A stretch of DNA of 64,000 nucleotides from Vicugna vicugna (taxonomy: Eukaryota): the NCBI GenBank assembly GCA_013265495.1, contig MU058687.1, positions 4,958,093 through 5,022,092 of the forward strand, given 5' to 3'. Shown piece after piece: positions 63,560 through 64,000 of the stretch (positions are counted from its first letter, which is position 1; each line of letters opens with the position of its first letter). A program made the translations under genes and the position numbers. The notes under the pieces are model-generated. The model had not been told where the DNA came from and did not search any database. It worked only from the letters and a program-made list of their open reading frames with translations.

Positions 63560-63920
63560 ATCAAGGAAAGGATAATGAGCTGAATGATGTAGAACTGGGG
63601 GAGAAGTGAAGGAGCAAGAAGTCCAAAAGGAGAATGGGATCTACCTCTGCCTTCCTCAGTATGTCTGCTTTGTCCTTAGACTGGCTATCCCCTCTGCAGG
63701 ATGTCTGCAGCTCTTCTAGATGTCAGATCCAGAAATGACAACATCCAAAGGAAAGAACAGCTTCCTCGGTGCAAGGAAACCTTTTCCAGCACCACTCCCA
63801 CACCCCGCCCCCGCCAAGTTCCCCTGACATCTTATTGGCCAAGATTAATTCCCATGTTCATTCTTAAACCAATAAGGGGGAAGGAATGCCATGGCTGGAT
63901 TATACAGAAAAAGAATAGAT
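63560..63920 (-). mobile_element. MLT1 (K/L-like) MaLR LTR fragment
   Basis: aggatgtctgcagc...aggaaaccttttccag...catcttattggccaag...catgttcattcttaaaccaat. Confidence 0.6.
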
Positions 63921-64000
63921 TTTGGAGAGTTAAATACAAATTCACTCACACAGCAGAAAATGGGGAGAATTCATACCTCATTCTCAATCTGAAGGGCCAT

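Noticed and set aside
1..64000. Prokaryotic-type systems, tRNA/rRNA genes and additional NRXN3 exons
   Set aside because: None were seen. The flanking NRXN3 exons were not found and appear to lie outside the window.

Overview
This is mammalian genomic DNA, not prokaryotic. It is almost entirely intronic and lies within the neurexin-3 gene (NRXN3, + strand). Only two coding exons are supported. The first is the 90-nt alternatively spliced SS4/AS4 cassette exon (15017-15106, [30 protein letters not shown]), which the ORF track misses. The second is the following 308-nt exon (20263-20570), encoding the end of LNS6 and the Thr-rich stalk. The rest is intron filled with old repeats (MIR, L2, CR1/L3, MER5/20/58, MLT1, L1M), five ERV1-like LTRs antisense to the gene, a 5'-inverted L1 insertion, microsatellites and an 11-N gap. 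I saw no Alu, B1, Bov-tA, PRE1 or SINEC elements. The repeat style suggests a cetartiodactyl, possibly a camelid, but this is a low-confidence inference. All other ORFs in the track look spurious. I found no new multi-gene system. The best leads are splicing elements around SS4, above all a juxtaposed 3'ss/5'ss (TTTAG|GTAAGT at 16810/16811) that could be a recursive splice site or the end of a 23-nt stop-codon microexon. Repeat family names and boundaries come from recalled consensus sequences and are approximate.
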